NCBI RefSeq assembly: GCF_032444005.1
Contig: NC_091288.1
Location: 220,658,001 to 220,722,000, forward strand
Length of the DNA: 64,000 nucleotides
Origin: Ranitomeya imitator
Lineage: Eukaryota
Direction: 5' to 3'
Below the pieces are notes generated by a model that ran no database searches, had not been told where the DNA came from, and saw nothing but the letters and a program-made list of their open reading frames with translations. A program made the translations under genes and the position numbers. Position 1 is the stretch's first letter. Each line of letters starts with the position of its first letter. This document shows positions 36,235 through 49,282 of the stretch, piece by piece.

Positions 36235-36894
36235 ATTTCAGGCCTTCCAGGACCACCCTCCCCGTTCCCAGCATGAACTTTTATGCTATTTTTTATACTT
36301 TTATTTAACACATTTTTTACATTTCTTAGTCCCTCTTAGAAATTTTAACCTGATGTCACCTGCGGTCACGTTGAACACGCTGCATTGCTTCTGTATTGTT
36401 TATCTACTTAAATACTATGGTCCCTGTTGATCGCAACATCTAGGGCGTCATACTGCAGCGGTCGGAGGTTGTAGCACTTTCTGCAGGTGCCGGCTGTATA
36501 CCACAGCAGACCCTCATATATGCAGCCCGCTCCACATCCCAGCACTCCACATGTGACGGACATGTACGTCACATCTCAGGAGAGGTCAGTAGGCTGCAAG
36601 TCTGATTGGCACAAATCTACAAGTCATAGAAACAATAAAAAAAAAGCCTTACAAGTCCGAATTTTTGCAGATTAAGCTGATGGTCAACTGGTGACCTAAA
36701 CATGGCGGCCTCTCGTCTGTGTAAAGTAAGATATTACTACATTGCAGATCTTCATTATCGTTTGTTGTACCACAGTACAGGAAACCGCCCCAAGTTTGGC
36801 TGCTACTGATTTATATGGAAAGTCTCTGACCCAAATGGAATTGTAAATTCTTCCCTCAGGATAACGAAGGGTTCTCCATGATGAGTAGATGGCG

Positions 36895-37350
36895 GCTTTC
36901 TTCTGAATCTCCCTCATTAAACCCATCAGTATCCAGCTTGTTCCCGTCCTCCTCAGGGTTGGTGGCCAGAGGTGAGAGGGAGATGGAGTCATAGGTCACA
37001 TGTCATGTGTCGCTCTTAAAGTCTGCCATGGCGATACGTACGGTAGGTCTTCTTCTGGGTCTGGAGGAAAATGTCAGTAAACCTGTAGAAATCAACTTCA
37101 TGTCCCCCTCGAAATGTGAAGCCAATGACCCAATGAAAGGAAGGAACAGTAACCCAGCCAGTAGTCTCCAGAGGCTCGGCCAAAGGTAAACTTACAGTCT
37201 TCCCAACCACCGCCATCAAACCTCTTCAGAAAGACCTGAAGGAGACAAACAGCTCAGCTCTAGTCACGCTGAGCCAGCAGGAGGCAGCAGTGTGATGAGA
37301 GATGGAGGAGACATCATCTATAGAGCGAGACTCAGACATTTTTAATAATA
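36895..37350 (-). pseudogene. MFAP4-like pseudogene fragment (intron 3 end, exon 4, exon 5), paralog C lineage
   Basis: Exon 4 at 37235-37154 with a 15-nt deletion (VDFYR lost). Exon 5 at 37082-~36895 with frameshift and stop. The intron sequence 37240-37345 matches paralog C 31300-31410. Confidence 0.85.
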
Positions 37351-38711
37351 ACCATTAAAATTTAATAGACAAAAAACCCTTACAAAACCTGCAAACTGCA
37401 AAAAACAATAATAAGGTATATGCATATACCCCTAGTAAACCCTACCAAACCCTGATATACCCTTCCTAACAGCGGAGGTTGGCACCCTATGTGCCAGTCA
37501 GCCCCTGCACTCCGGCACATATGGCGGCTTACCGTACCCTGTACATGGGCTTATTTAAGCTCTTTTCTGGTCCACATTCTCAGGGTGTGATCTATAATGC
37601 TGTATCAGAACCCCACAGGTTTATTTCCAGGCCCGCGTCTCTTAGTGTAAGGAGCGGGGAAGCCGCGGCTCCTTTTCTTGTTCTTTTCCTACATAATTAG
37701 GTGGTGAGGATCCTCCTCGCACCATACATTCATGATTTATAACGTTAACCTCGATGGAAGCTTTTGTAAATTTTTTTTACATAAAACGAGTCCCTGACTA
37801 ACGCTCTGAAAGCAGCGGAACAACGTGTCTCCACTTTCATTGTGTCGCCCCATTACACAGCAGCATACCCGGCTACAGGATCACCTAAATCCTACGCAAC
37901 CCCTATGATTATGAAGAGTGGCCATCATGTTTTGCTGCTGTGTGGACAAATGTTTCAGATCTTGCTGTGGTGGCTCTACCACCCAACTACGATGATCATA
38001 ATCTGTTTTAGGCCTTTCTGATTTACTAAAAGGGTCTTCTGTTCAGGTCCCTCATCTCTTGCTCAAACTGTAGAGCAGTTTTATAAAGTGTCTCTCGCTC
38101 TGTAGCACCGGTTTCTTGGTTCTTGATATTGATGTAAAGAATCTATGTGTAATACTTATTTTAACCTTTGGTGGTGATGAAGTGAAATGCAACACATACT
38201 ACCATGTCACAGAAGATCTGGGGGGCATTTTGCCAGCAGCTTTTGGTCAAGTTATCCTTCTAACAAGGAATGATTCTTCAAAGTGGAGAACCCTTTATAA
38301 AGTCAATGCTGGGGACATCGTCAATATACCGACGACTGAATCGGCAGCTCCACCGCCATACATCATGGTCTGCCACATACTGACATTGTGAGATATGGAT
38401 AATTTGAACATGAACTCTTACAATGAGGAACATTTTATTGTGTCACTGTTTATTGAGCATTTACTACAAGTTCTGGAGATACAAAAACCTCTGTAACAGG
38501 ATCAGTAACTGGAAAACCAAGGATTGAGCAGCTGGGCACATGCAGATCAGTCGGCTGGGGGTCTACAACATCCAAGCACAGGTAGAAAGGGTCAAGTCTT
38601 ACTTTAGGTTTAGGTTACAGATTAAGGATTACATGACTATCCTGGCATCACAAGATTCTATTAATCATCCATACGATGAAACAGTAATCATCTTCACTAA
38701 TCAGGAGGACA

Positions 38712-41700
38712 TCACTGCCGTCTTATCTTCATTTCCGTGGTCTTCAGAGAATAGTAAAGACCTCTCCACTGAGACCAGATGATGCCACTACCGAGGGACA
38801 GGTGAGCGCCAGGGAGATAAGCGCCATTCAAGTTGGCCAGATGACATGCTCTGTACCAGAAGCCACTGGTGAAGAGCGCAGCACAGTTCTGGAGATAGAC
38901 ATCACGGTCACTGTCATACGTAGAGAACTTCATTCCATTGTGGTAGGACAGAGAATCACCTGCAGATAATGAGGAGGAAGGTGGTTAGAAGTTGGTGCAG
39001 AATAACCCTATCCCAAACATGGGCTCACAATACCACTACCACTGCCCCAGAACAGAGTGCAGACTAACCCTGCAACTTCACCTAGAAGTGGGGACAAATA
39101 ACTCCTGCAACTGCTCCTAGAAGTCAGTGCAGACCTCCGCTACCACTAACCCTGAAAGTAAGTAAAGACTACTCCTAAAACGGCACCTAAAAGTGAGTGC
39201 AGACCACCTCCATCACTGCCCTTAGAAGCCACCTTTATCACTACCTCTATAAATGGGTACAGATTACCCCTGCAACTGCCCCTAGAAGTTGGGACAAATG
39301 ACTCCTTCAACTGCTCCTAGAAGTCAGTGCAGACCTCCGCTACCACTAACCCTGAAAGTGAGTAAAGACTACTAACAATATTAATAATAACTATGTTACT
39401 CCTACCACTGCACCTAAAAGTGAGTGCAGACCACCTCCATCACTGCCCTTAGAAGCCACCTCTATCACTACCTCTATAAATGGGTACAGACTACCCCTGC
39501 AACTACCCCAGGAAAGGATGCAGTCCACCATTCCTCTGCCCTTAGAAATTGGTACAGACTACCCTTACCACTGCCCCTTGAAGGAGGTGCAGACTACTCG
39601 TACCTCTGCCTAGAGAAATGGGTACAGACCACCCCTACCACTGCCCCTAGAAGTTGTAACAGACCACCTCTACCACTGCTCCCAGAAGTGGAGGCACACC
39701 ACCCCATTACCCATGACTCCTTGCGTTGGTTACCTGCCCCTCCGTCACTGAAGCCATCCACGTGCAGCGTGTAGCCGTCCTCCTCTGGATTGAGGCTGTA
39801 TGGGGAGATGGAGAACTCCGAGTACCTGGCGAAGGTCATGTTGTTCTCGAAGTCTCCCAGGTCGATCCTCAGCTCATACTTATTCCGGAGAGTGAGGAGA
39901 TACATGTAGTGTAGCCCTATGGGATGAGATATGGTGGGAATGAGCGATGCTCTGCGGAGGAGCGATGCTCTGCAGTAATCTGGAGGATGAGTTACCCCAT
40001 CCTACGTGACGACAGCTGTATAATGGAGGATTGATCCCTCTGTGGACCACCCCAAGGTGCTCCCAGGCTCCTGATTTACACTTACTTTGGGTTGGGGAGA
40101 TCACTTGAGACACAAGGAGATTTGCCAATCAGTGGTCTGGAAAGGATGGGCAGAGCCCACCGAGGGCACATAATGGTGGCCATATTGGTGATAGACATAC
40201 TACTGGTGCAACCAGTGCAGACGTACAAGGGCCCCCAAACAGCACATAATGGTGGAAAATGATGAAACATTGAGGGGTCCACACTGGCCCAGCACAGGGG
40301 CCCCCTCCTGTCCACCTTGGTGGCCACATAGGTGGTCAAAGGAGGACATTCACTCACCCAGCCAATACTCTCCGTCCGCTCTCCCAAAGCCAATCTTATA
40401 GTCATTCCAGCCCCGGTAGAAGCCCAGCGTGCCGTTGAACCTCCTCTGGATGACCTGGGCCCAAAACAGATGAATTGTATCAGCACAGCCAGCAGACGAG
40501 ACCCGGAGAACTCTCAGAGCCAGGACCCACCGTCCACTTTCCGCTGTCCGTGCTCATGTCACAGTACACGGGCACCGCGATGCCTGGTCCGGCCGGGTAG
40601 ATGACATATGGGCCGCTATCCTCGTCTCCGTTTTCACACACATCTTCACAATCTACAGGATACTGGTCAGAGGTGGAACACACTGCAACGACATCGGAGG
40701 GTGACACAGGGTCACACATCAGTCACATCCAGAGCTGCACTCACTATTCTGCGGTTACATCGTGTCTTATCCTCCAGTCACCTCCAGAGCTGCACTCACT
40801 ATTCTGCTGGTGCAGTCACTGTGTACATACATTACATTACTGATCCTGAGTTACCTCCTGTATTACACTCCAGAGCTGCACTCACTATTCTGCTGGTGCA
40901 GTCACCGTGTACATATATTACATTACTGATCCTGAGTTACATCCTGTATTATCCTCCAGAGCTGCACTCACTATTCTGCTGGTGCAGTCACCGTATATAT
41001 ACATTACATTACTGATCCTGAATTACATCCTGTATTATACTCCAGAGCTGCACTCACTATTCTGCTGGTGTAGTCACTGTGTACATACATTACATTACTG
41101 ATCCTGAGTTACTTCCTATATTATACCCCAGAGCTGCACTCACTATTCTGCTGGTGCAGTCACTGTGTACATACATTACATTACTGATCCTGAGTTACAT
41201 CCTGTATTATACCCCAGAGCTGCACTCACTATTCTGCTGGTGCAGTCACTGTGTACATACATTACATTACTGATCCTGAGTTACGTACTGTATTATACTC
41301 CAGAGCTGCACTCACTATTCTGCTGGTGCAGTCACTGTGTACATACATTACATTACTGATTCTGAGTTACATCCTGTATTATACTCCAGAGCTGCACTCA
41401 CTATTCTGCTGGTGCAGTCACTGTATACATACATTACATTACTGATCCTGAGTTACATCCTGTATTATACTCCAGAGCTGCACTCACTATTCTTCTGGTG
41501 CAGTCACTGTGTACATACATTACATTACTGATCCTGAGTTACATCCTGTATTATACCCCAGAGCTGCCCTCACTATTCTGCTGGTGCAGTCACTGTGTAC
41601 CTACATTACATTACTGATCCTGAGTTATCTCCTGTATTATACCCCAGAGCTGCACTCACTATTCTGCTGGTGCAGTCACTGTGTACATACATTACATTAC

Positions 41701-44700
41701 TGATCCTGAGTTACATCCTGTATTATACTCCAGAGCTGCACTCACTATTCTGCTGGTGCAGTCACTGTGTACATACATTACATTACTGATCCTGAGTTAC
41801 ATCCTGTATTATACCCCAGAGCTGCACTCACTATTCTGCTGGTGCAGTCACTGTGTACATACATTACTGATCCTGAGTTACATCCTGTATTATACCCCAG
41901 AGCTGCACTCACTATTCTGCTGGTGCAGTCACTGTGTACATACATTACATTACTGATCCTGAGTTACATCCTGTATTATACCCCAGAGCTGCCCTCACTA
42001 TTCTGCTGGTGCAGTCACTGTGTACATACATTACATTACTGATCCTGAGTTATCTCCTGTATTATACCCCACAGCTGCACTCACTATTCTGCTGGTGCAG
42101 TCACTGTGTACATACATTACATTACTGATCCTGAGTTACATCCTGTATTGTACTCCAGAGCTGCACTCACTATTCTGCTGGTGCAGTCACTGTGTACATA
42201 CATTACATTACTGATCCTGAGTTACATCCTGTATTATACCCCAGAGCTGCACTCACTATTCTGCTGGTGCAGTCACTGTGTACATACATTACTGATCCTG
42301 AGTTACATCCTGTATTATACTCCAGAGCTGCACTCACTATTCTGCTGGTGCAGTCACTGTGTACATACATTACATTACTGATCCCGAGTTACATCCTGTA
42401 TTATACTCCAGAGCTGCACTCACTATTCTGCTGGTGCAGTCACTGTGTACATACATTACATTACTGATCCTGAGTTACATCCTCTATTATACCCCAGAGC
42501 TGCACTCACTATTCTGCTGGTGCAGTCACTGTGTCCATACATTACATTACTGATCCTGAGTTACCTCCTGTATTATACTCCAGAGCTGCACTCACTATTC
42601 TGCTGGTGCAGTCACTGTGTACATACATTACATTACTGATCCTGAGTTACATCCTGTATTATACCCCAGAGCTGCACTCACTATTCTGCTGGTGCAGTCA
42701 CTGTGAATATACATTACATTACTGATCCTGAGTTACATCCTGTATTATACTCCAGAGCTGCACTCACTATTCTGCTGGTGCAGTCACTGTGTACATACAT
42801 TACATTACTGATCCCGAGTTACATCCTGTATTATGCTCCAGAGCTGCACTCACTATTCTGCTGGTGCAGTCACTGTGTACATACATTACATTACTGATCC
42901 TGAGTTACCTCCTGTATTATACTCCAGAGCTGCACTCACTATTCTGCTGGTGCAGTCACTGTGAATATACATTACATTACTGATCCTGAGTTACATCCTG
43001 TATTATACTCCAGAGCTGCACTCACTATTCTGCTGGTGCAGTCACTGTGTACATACATTACATTACTGATCCTGAGTTACCTCCTGTATTATACTCCAGA
43101 GCTGCACTCACTATTCTGCTGGTGCAGTCACTGTGAATATACATTACATTACTGATCCTGAGTTACATCCTGTATTATACTCCAGAGCTGCACTCACTAT
43201 TCTGCTGGTGCAGTCACTGTGTACATACATTACATTACTGATCCCGAGTTACATCCTGTATTATACTCCAGAGCTGCACTCACTATTCTGCTGGTGCAGT
43301 CACTGTGTACATACATTACATTACTGATCCTGAGTTACCTCCTGTATTATACTCCAGAGCTGCACTCACTATTCTGCTGGTGCAGTCACTGTGAATATAC
43401 ATTACATTACTGATCCTGAGTTACATCCTGTATTATACTCCAAAGCTGCACTCACTATTCTGCTGGTGCAGTCACTGTGTACATACATTACTGATCCTGA
43501 GTTACATCCTGTATTATACTCCAGAGCTGCACTCACTCTTCTGCTTCTCTCGTTAGAAGAGGTCTGCAGACGTCTAGTTGTCATGTCATTGCCCTCTATA
43601 GAGGAATCGTGACAGTCTGCAATCACATAGAAAGCTGCAGCCTTTTCTTCCGAGACCTGACAACCCCTTTAAGGTGCCTCTGCCCATACAACAGTGAAGA
43701 CACTGCTGCAGATTTGGAGGTGACTGGAGCATAGAATGAGGGATGGAGACAACGGATGTGATTGCTACATTGTATCCAGTGAGCGGATTATAAATGTCTG
43801 GGAATCTCTGTGAGAAATGTGGAATCCTTGGAGAATCCCTCGAAATCCGGCCCTGACCTCACGGTATAAATAGTCCATGACTGAGAACAGGTGCGAGCGC
43901 CGGGGCAGGAAACCAGCTGGAAAGTCGGGGTCTCCCGGGGTGGGGGGTAGACAGGGGCGCAGGTAGGGAACGCGAAGTGTCAGGCAGGGATCTGCTGGAA
44001 TCTGGCTGCAGATGTGAGCGAGGAATATGAGGTCATGGTGAGATCCCATTCCCCCACACTACACCCCAGCTCTGCTACACCGCCGTGGGCACTACAGCAG
44101 ATGCCAACCACCTGTGTACGACTATACAAAGAAGTGCGGATGTAGCAGGGCCGAGTGTGTCAGATATAGCAGAGCCGAGTGTGTCGGATATAGCAGAGCT
44201 GAGTGTGTCACATGTTGCAGAAATGAATTTGTTAGATTAAGCAGATCTGAAATGTTCAGAAGTAGCTGAGATAGAGTTTGCCAGATGTAGTTGAGTTAAG
44301 TTTGTCAAAAGTAGCAAAGTAAGTGCCCTTTCGAGGAGTGGGTTCTCTCTGGGACTATGAATGCACCAACAATGGAGCTGTAACGAATGAAATGACACAT
44401 TCAGCTCTGCTGCATCAGTCGGTGCGCTGTCTGTGTCTCCGGCCATCTTACAATGTAGGGATGACTTACAATGATCCCCGTTCTGCTTTCCTGATTGCTG
44501 ACTCCCCACCGAGCTGAGGACCACCAGCAGGAGGAGGATGATGTAGTGTCCAAGGCGCCCCGCAGCCTGCAACACAACAAGTCCTGGTCAACATGTACTA
44601 TCCCTTTAAGATGCATTGTCCCCCCCCACACGACCCATTAAGTCCTGCGGTGACCCCATTTTCATGCCAGCCTCATCTGAGCCCCCTAAGCCACATTCAT

Positions 44701-44740
44701 CCCCGGTGCCCCCCACAGAGGCGCTCCCCCTTACCTCCAT
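38712..44740 (-). CDS. mfap4: Microfibril-associated glycoprotein 4 (likely orthologue), 260 aa, spliced
   Basis: Exons 44740-44735 (ME), 44566-44470 (signal peptide, ..QNGDH), 40682-40531, 40454-40358 (97 nt), 39916-39734 (183 nt) and 38959-38712 (248 nt). [74 protein letters not shown] and [14 protein letters not shown] closely match recalled human MFAP4. AATAAA at 38434-38439; TATAAA at 44788-44793. Confidence 0.92.
39000..39700. repeat. Degenerate repeat (ACTACCCCTGCAACTGCCCCTAGAAGT-like) with internal block duplications, MFAP4 intron 5
   Basis: Recurring motifs; blocks near 39085-39170 recur near 39290-39370. Confidence 0.65.
40730..43535 (+). repeat. 86-bp satellite array 1 (CCAGAGCTGCACTCACTATTCTGCTGGTGCAGTCACTGTGTACATACATTACATTACTGATCCTGAGTTACATCCTGTATTATACT), about 32 copies, MFAP4 intron 2
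   Basis: ORF starts recur every 86 bp; 81-bp variants lack one ACATT. Confidence 0.97.
43536..43672 (-). mobile_element. T2/Kolobok-type MITE terminus joined to the 86-bp array
   Basis: Ends GACCTGACAACCCCT|TTAA (reverse complement TTAA|AGGGGTTGTC), the same terminal style as the MITE at 11702. The partner TIR was not found. Confidence 0.6.
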
Positions 44741-44929
44741 GTCCGCTGTGTCCCGTGTAGTGTGAGGCTGCTATTTAAGGTCTTGTATTTATATGGTGCG
44801 TCTGGTCCTGGGCCCCCTCCTTCCACAGCCTCCCCTGCTCCAGGGATGTGAAGGGAGGACTGAGACAGGGGGGATGTGAAAATGGTGCGCACAGGATGCG
44901 GGGTTGTGATGCCACTTTCCAGCCCTGTA

Positions 44930-47290
44930 CATGTGCATCCTCGGCAGCACATGACAGGATGGTCCGAGGAAAGGTGGGGACCACAAAACATGAAAAGTGG
45001 TGAAAAATAAGAGAAAAGTCCCTCCGGGAGCAGAGGAGGCAACTGGGCACAAGGTGAACACCATGGCAATACCGCAAATAGTCCAACACTCTGGACCACA
45101 AACCATGGGCAGCACATGACAGGATGGTCTGGACTGATTGCGAGGAAAGGTGAGGACCACAAAACATGAAAAGAGGCAAAAATTTGAGAAAAATCCTCCC
45201 AGGACCTGAGGAGGCAACTGGGGACAAAGGTGAAAGCCATAGCAATACTACAAATGGTCCAACACTCCGGATCGCAAACTGTGGGCAGCACATGACAGGA
45301 TGGCCCAAGGAAAGGTGGGGACCACAAAACATGAAAAGAGGTGAAAAATAAGAGAAAAATCCCTCCAGGACCACAGGAGGCAACTGGGGACAAAGGTGAA
45401 CTCCATAGCAATACCACAAATGGTCCAACAATCCGGACCACAAACCATGGGCAGCACATGACAGGATGGCCCAAGGAAAGGTGGGGACCACAAAACATGA
45501 AAAGAGGTGAAAAATAAGAGAAAAATCCCTCCAGGACTAGAGGAGGCAACTGAGGACAAAGGTGAACACCATAGCAATACCACAAATGGTCCAACAATCC
45601 GGACCACAAATCATGGGCAGCACATGACAGGATGGCCCAAGGAAAGGTGGGGACCACAAAACATGAAAAGAGGTGAAAAATAAGAGAAAAATCCCTCCAG
45701 GACTAGAGGAGGCAACTGAGGACAAAGGTGAACACCATAGCAATACCACAAATGGTCCAACAATCCAGACCACAAACAGTGAGCAGCACATGACAGGATG
45801 GTCCTGGGAAAGGAGGGGAACACAAAACATGAAAAGAGGCAAAAATTAGAGAGAAATCCCTCCAGGACCAGAGGAGGCAACTGGGGACAAAGGTGAACAC
45901 CATAGCAATACCACAAATGGTCCAACACTCCGGACCACAAACCATGGGCAGCACATGATAGGATGGTCCAAGGAAAGGAGGGGACCACAAAACATGAAAA
46001 GAGGCAAAAATTAGAGAGAAATCCCTCCAGGACCAGAGGAGGCAACTGGGGACAAAGGTGAACACCATAGCAATACCACAAATGGTCCAACACTCCGGAC
46101 CAGAAACCATGGGCAGCATATGATAGGCTGGTCCGAGGAAAGTGGGGACCACAAAACATGAAAAGAGGCAAAAATTAGAGAGAAATCCCTCCAGGACCAG
46201 AGGAGGCAACTGAGGACAAAGTTGAACACCATAGCTATATCACAAATGGTCCAACACTACGGATCACCAACCGTGGGCAGCACATAACAGGATGGTCTGA
46301 GTAAAGGTGGGGACCACAAAATATGAAAAGAGGCAAAAATTAAAGAAAAATCTCTTCAGGACCACAGGAGGCAACTGAGGACAAAGGTGAACACCATAGC
46401 AATATCACAAATGGTCCAACACTACGGATCACGAACCATGGGCAGCACATGACAGGATGGTCCGAGGAATGGTGGGGACCACAAAGCATGAAAAGAGGCA
46501 AAAATTTGAGAAAAATCCCTCCATGACCAGAGGAGGCAACTGGGGACAAAGGTGAACTCCATAGCAATACCACAAATGGTTCAACACTCCGGATCACCAA
46601 CCGTGGGCAGGACATAACAGGATGGTCTGGGCTGCGAATAAGGAAAGGTGGAGGCCGTAAAACGTTAAAAGAGGCAAAATAAGTGAATAATCTCACTGAG
46701 GCTAGTGGAGGCAACTAGGGACAAAGGACACCTCCATAGAAATATCAAAAATGGTCCAATACTTCTGACCCCAACCGTGGGCGGCACATGACAGGATGGA
46801 CCAGGGTGATAGCAAGAAAAGAACTCATAAAGAGGTGAAAGAATAGAAAAATCCCACCAGGGTCAGAGGAGGCAACTGGGGACAAAGGAGATCTCCATAG
46901 CAGAACACCAAATGGTCCAACCCTCCTGACCACCAACCATGGAGCAGTTGATATCAGGATAGTCCAGGCTGATAGTGAGGAAAGGTGGGGTCCACAAAAC
47001 ATGAAAAAGGTGAAAAAATAGAAAAATCCTACTGGGACCAGAGGAGGCAACTGGGGACAAAGGATAACTCCATAGCTATATTAAAAATGGTCCGACACTC
47101 TCGATCAAGAACCGTGGAGCAACTCATAACAGGATGGTCCAGGCAGATAGTGAGGAAAGGTGGGAACCACAAACCACGAAAAGAGTAGAGAAAAACAGAA
47201 AAATCCCACCAGGGCCAGAGGAGGCAACTGTGGACAAAGGAGAGCTCTATAGCATAACCACAAATGGTCCAACAATTCAGACCTCTAATT
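44930..47290. repeat. 166-bp tandem repeat, about 14 copies, immediately upstream of the MFAP4 promoter
   Basis: GCAGCAC anchors at 45285, 45451, 45617 and 45783; distal copies are more degenerate. Confidence 0.93.
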
Positions 47291-47499
47291 GCGAGGTGAT
47301 AGAGCGATACAGAGGCCTGCCCACCTACCATGCAATATTTAGAGTCACCCATCCTACAAGATATAAGAGTCCAAAAACCTTTCACCTGACTGTGGTTTGG
47401 CTCCCATAAAGTAGGATGTGATCCTTATGATGGAGGTTTGTGCAAAAGGACCAAAGAACCTTAAAAAAAACACTAGTTGAAATATAAAATATAGCGGAG

Positions 47500-47900
47500 A
47501 AGAAAGATGGAAGGGTTGGAAACTCAACAGGTTAAGATGAAGGCAAAAAAGCCTCCACTCAAGGAGCTTGATGAAGAAAGAGTAGATGTGTAACGATACA
47601 TCTACTATGGGTGGAAAAAATCAAGACCGTGAACATTTCCATCACAAGAAGCCTCATCCTCTCCTGGGACATTACGAGGAGATACCGTTTATTGGAGAAG
47701 ACTGTAGCATTGGAGAAAGTTCAAGAAAAGGGGAAGATGATGACTAGTGTCAAGATGGATAATCACACTAATTGTGAAGAAATATGAAGATTCAACACAC
47801 AATGGACCAGAAACTCTGGAGAAAGAAAGATCATTCTAGCTCTAAGACTTGGGGGCCATGGAGATAGACCATAAGAAGTTACCACAGGGTTGAGGTCTTT
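47500..47900 (+). mobile_element. Old RTE-like LINE 3' remnant
   Basis: Degenerate LEKTVALEKVQEKGR**LVSRWI resembles the RTE ORF2 C-terminus LEKTxMLGKIEGxRRRGRxRxRW. Confidence 0.4.
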
Positions 47901-49282
47901 GCAAACTCTTCATATTTTTCATGCATTTTGGATATATACTTGCATCTACAGCTGGTCGTGGGGATGACCCTTAATATACATATCTGTGTTGATGAATTAT
48001 TAGACGCTGGAAATATTCATCAAAACCAGAAAATGATGGGACAAGTTTCTAGCTCTGGTTGTTTGTCCTGGTTTTCTTCTGATTTGTATTCAGAGGTCAT
48101 TAAGGGCAAAACGCCAAGAAATGTCCTGACGTCATCAATAAAGGACCAAACCTTATGGAGAAGATGCTGTGAACTCTGTGACTTGTTCCCTTGGCTTCAC
48201 ATCTTCCTGTCCCGCTCATCGATGCCCGATCCCTGGTGGTTTCCTATCTAAAAGTTTCTGGGCGCCTGCCAGTTCTGTCGTGGATGATTTATGGTGTTTC
48301 GTTATGATTTGTACATGGAGCCAAGAGTTGAGAGGTCAACTTGTAAAATGTGTATGAAGCTTCCAGCCTGTGACTTTCTGTTATCATTGGTTGTGTCTGC
48401 AATGTTAAAGTCTTCATGTGACATCATAACCTAATTCTCGCCCTCGTGACTATTCATGTGTGGCTCTCACCTCATCTTCTTCATAAATCTTCATGGATGA
48501 TCCGCACCTGATCCTCCTTTTTGTGACTCTTCATGGATGTTCCTCACACGATCCTCCTAATGACTCTTCTTTTATAATTCTTACCTGATCCTCTTTGGGA
48601 CTTTTCATGTATGATCCTCACCTGATCCTTCTCCCCATTACTCTTCATGTATGATCTTCACCCAATCCTCTTGCTCGTTATGACTCTTCATGAATGACCC
48701 TCACCTGATCTTCGTTCATGTGACTGTTCAATGTATGATGCTCACCTGATCCTTGCACTCATTACTTTTTATATATGATCCGTACCTGATCCGCTTTCTA
48801 GTGACTCTTCTTGGATGATCCTCATTGATCCTCCTCCTCCTCAATACTCTTCATGTTTGAGCCTCACCTGATCCGCCACTTGGTTGTGACTCTTCATGTA
48901 GGATACTCACCTTATCCTCCTCATCGTGATTCTTCATGTATAATCCTCACTCAATCCTTCTCTTCTAATTTTTCATGTATGATCCTCACTGATCTTCCTC
49001 CTCGAACTCTTCATGTATAATCCTCATTTGATCCTTCTCTTCTAATTCTTCACATATGATCCTCACCTGATCCTTGCTTCATTACTCTTCATGTATGATC
49101 CTCAGCTGATCCTCTTCCTGGTTCTTCATGTATGATCCTCACCTGATCCTCTTCCTGGTTCTTCATGTATGATCTTCACCTGATTCTACTTTTTTGTGAG
49201 TCTTCTTGGTTGATCTCTCCCAATCCTCCTACTCTTGATGCTTCTTATAATCCTCACCTGATCCTCCTCCTTATGACACTTT

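Noticed and set aside
40907-43612. Dozens of 64-91 aa [11 protein letters not shown] ORFs (also 58060-61922)
   Set aside because: These are 86-bp satellite units, not a small-peptide gene array.
44731-47409. Hydrophobic Cys/Phe-rich ORFs
   Set aside because: 166-bp tandem repeat translations.
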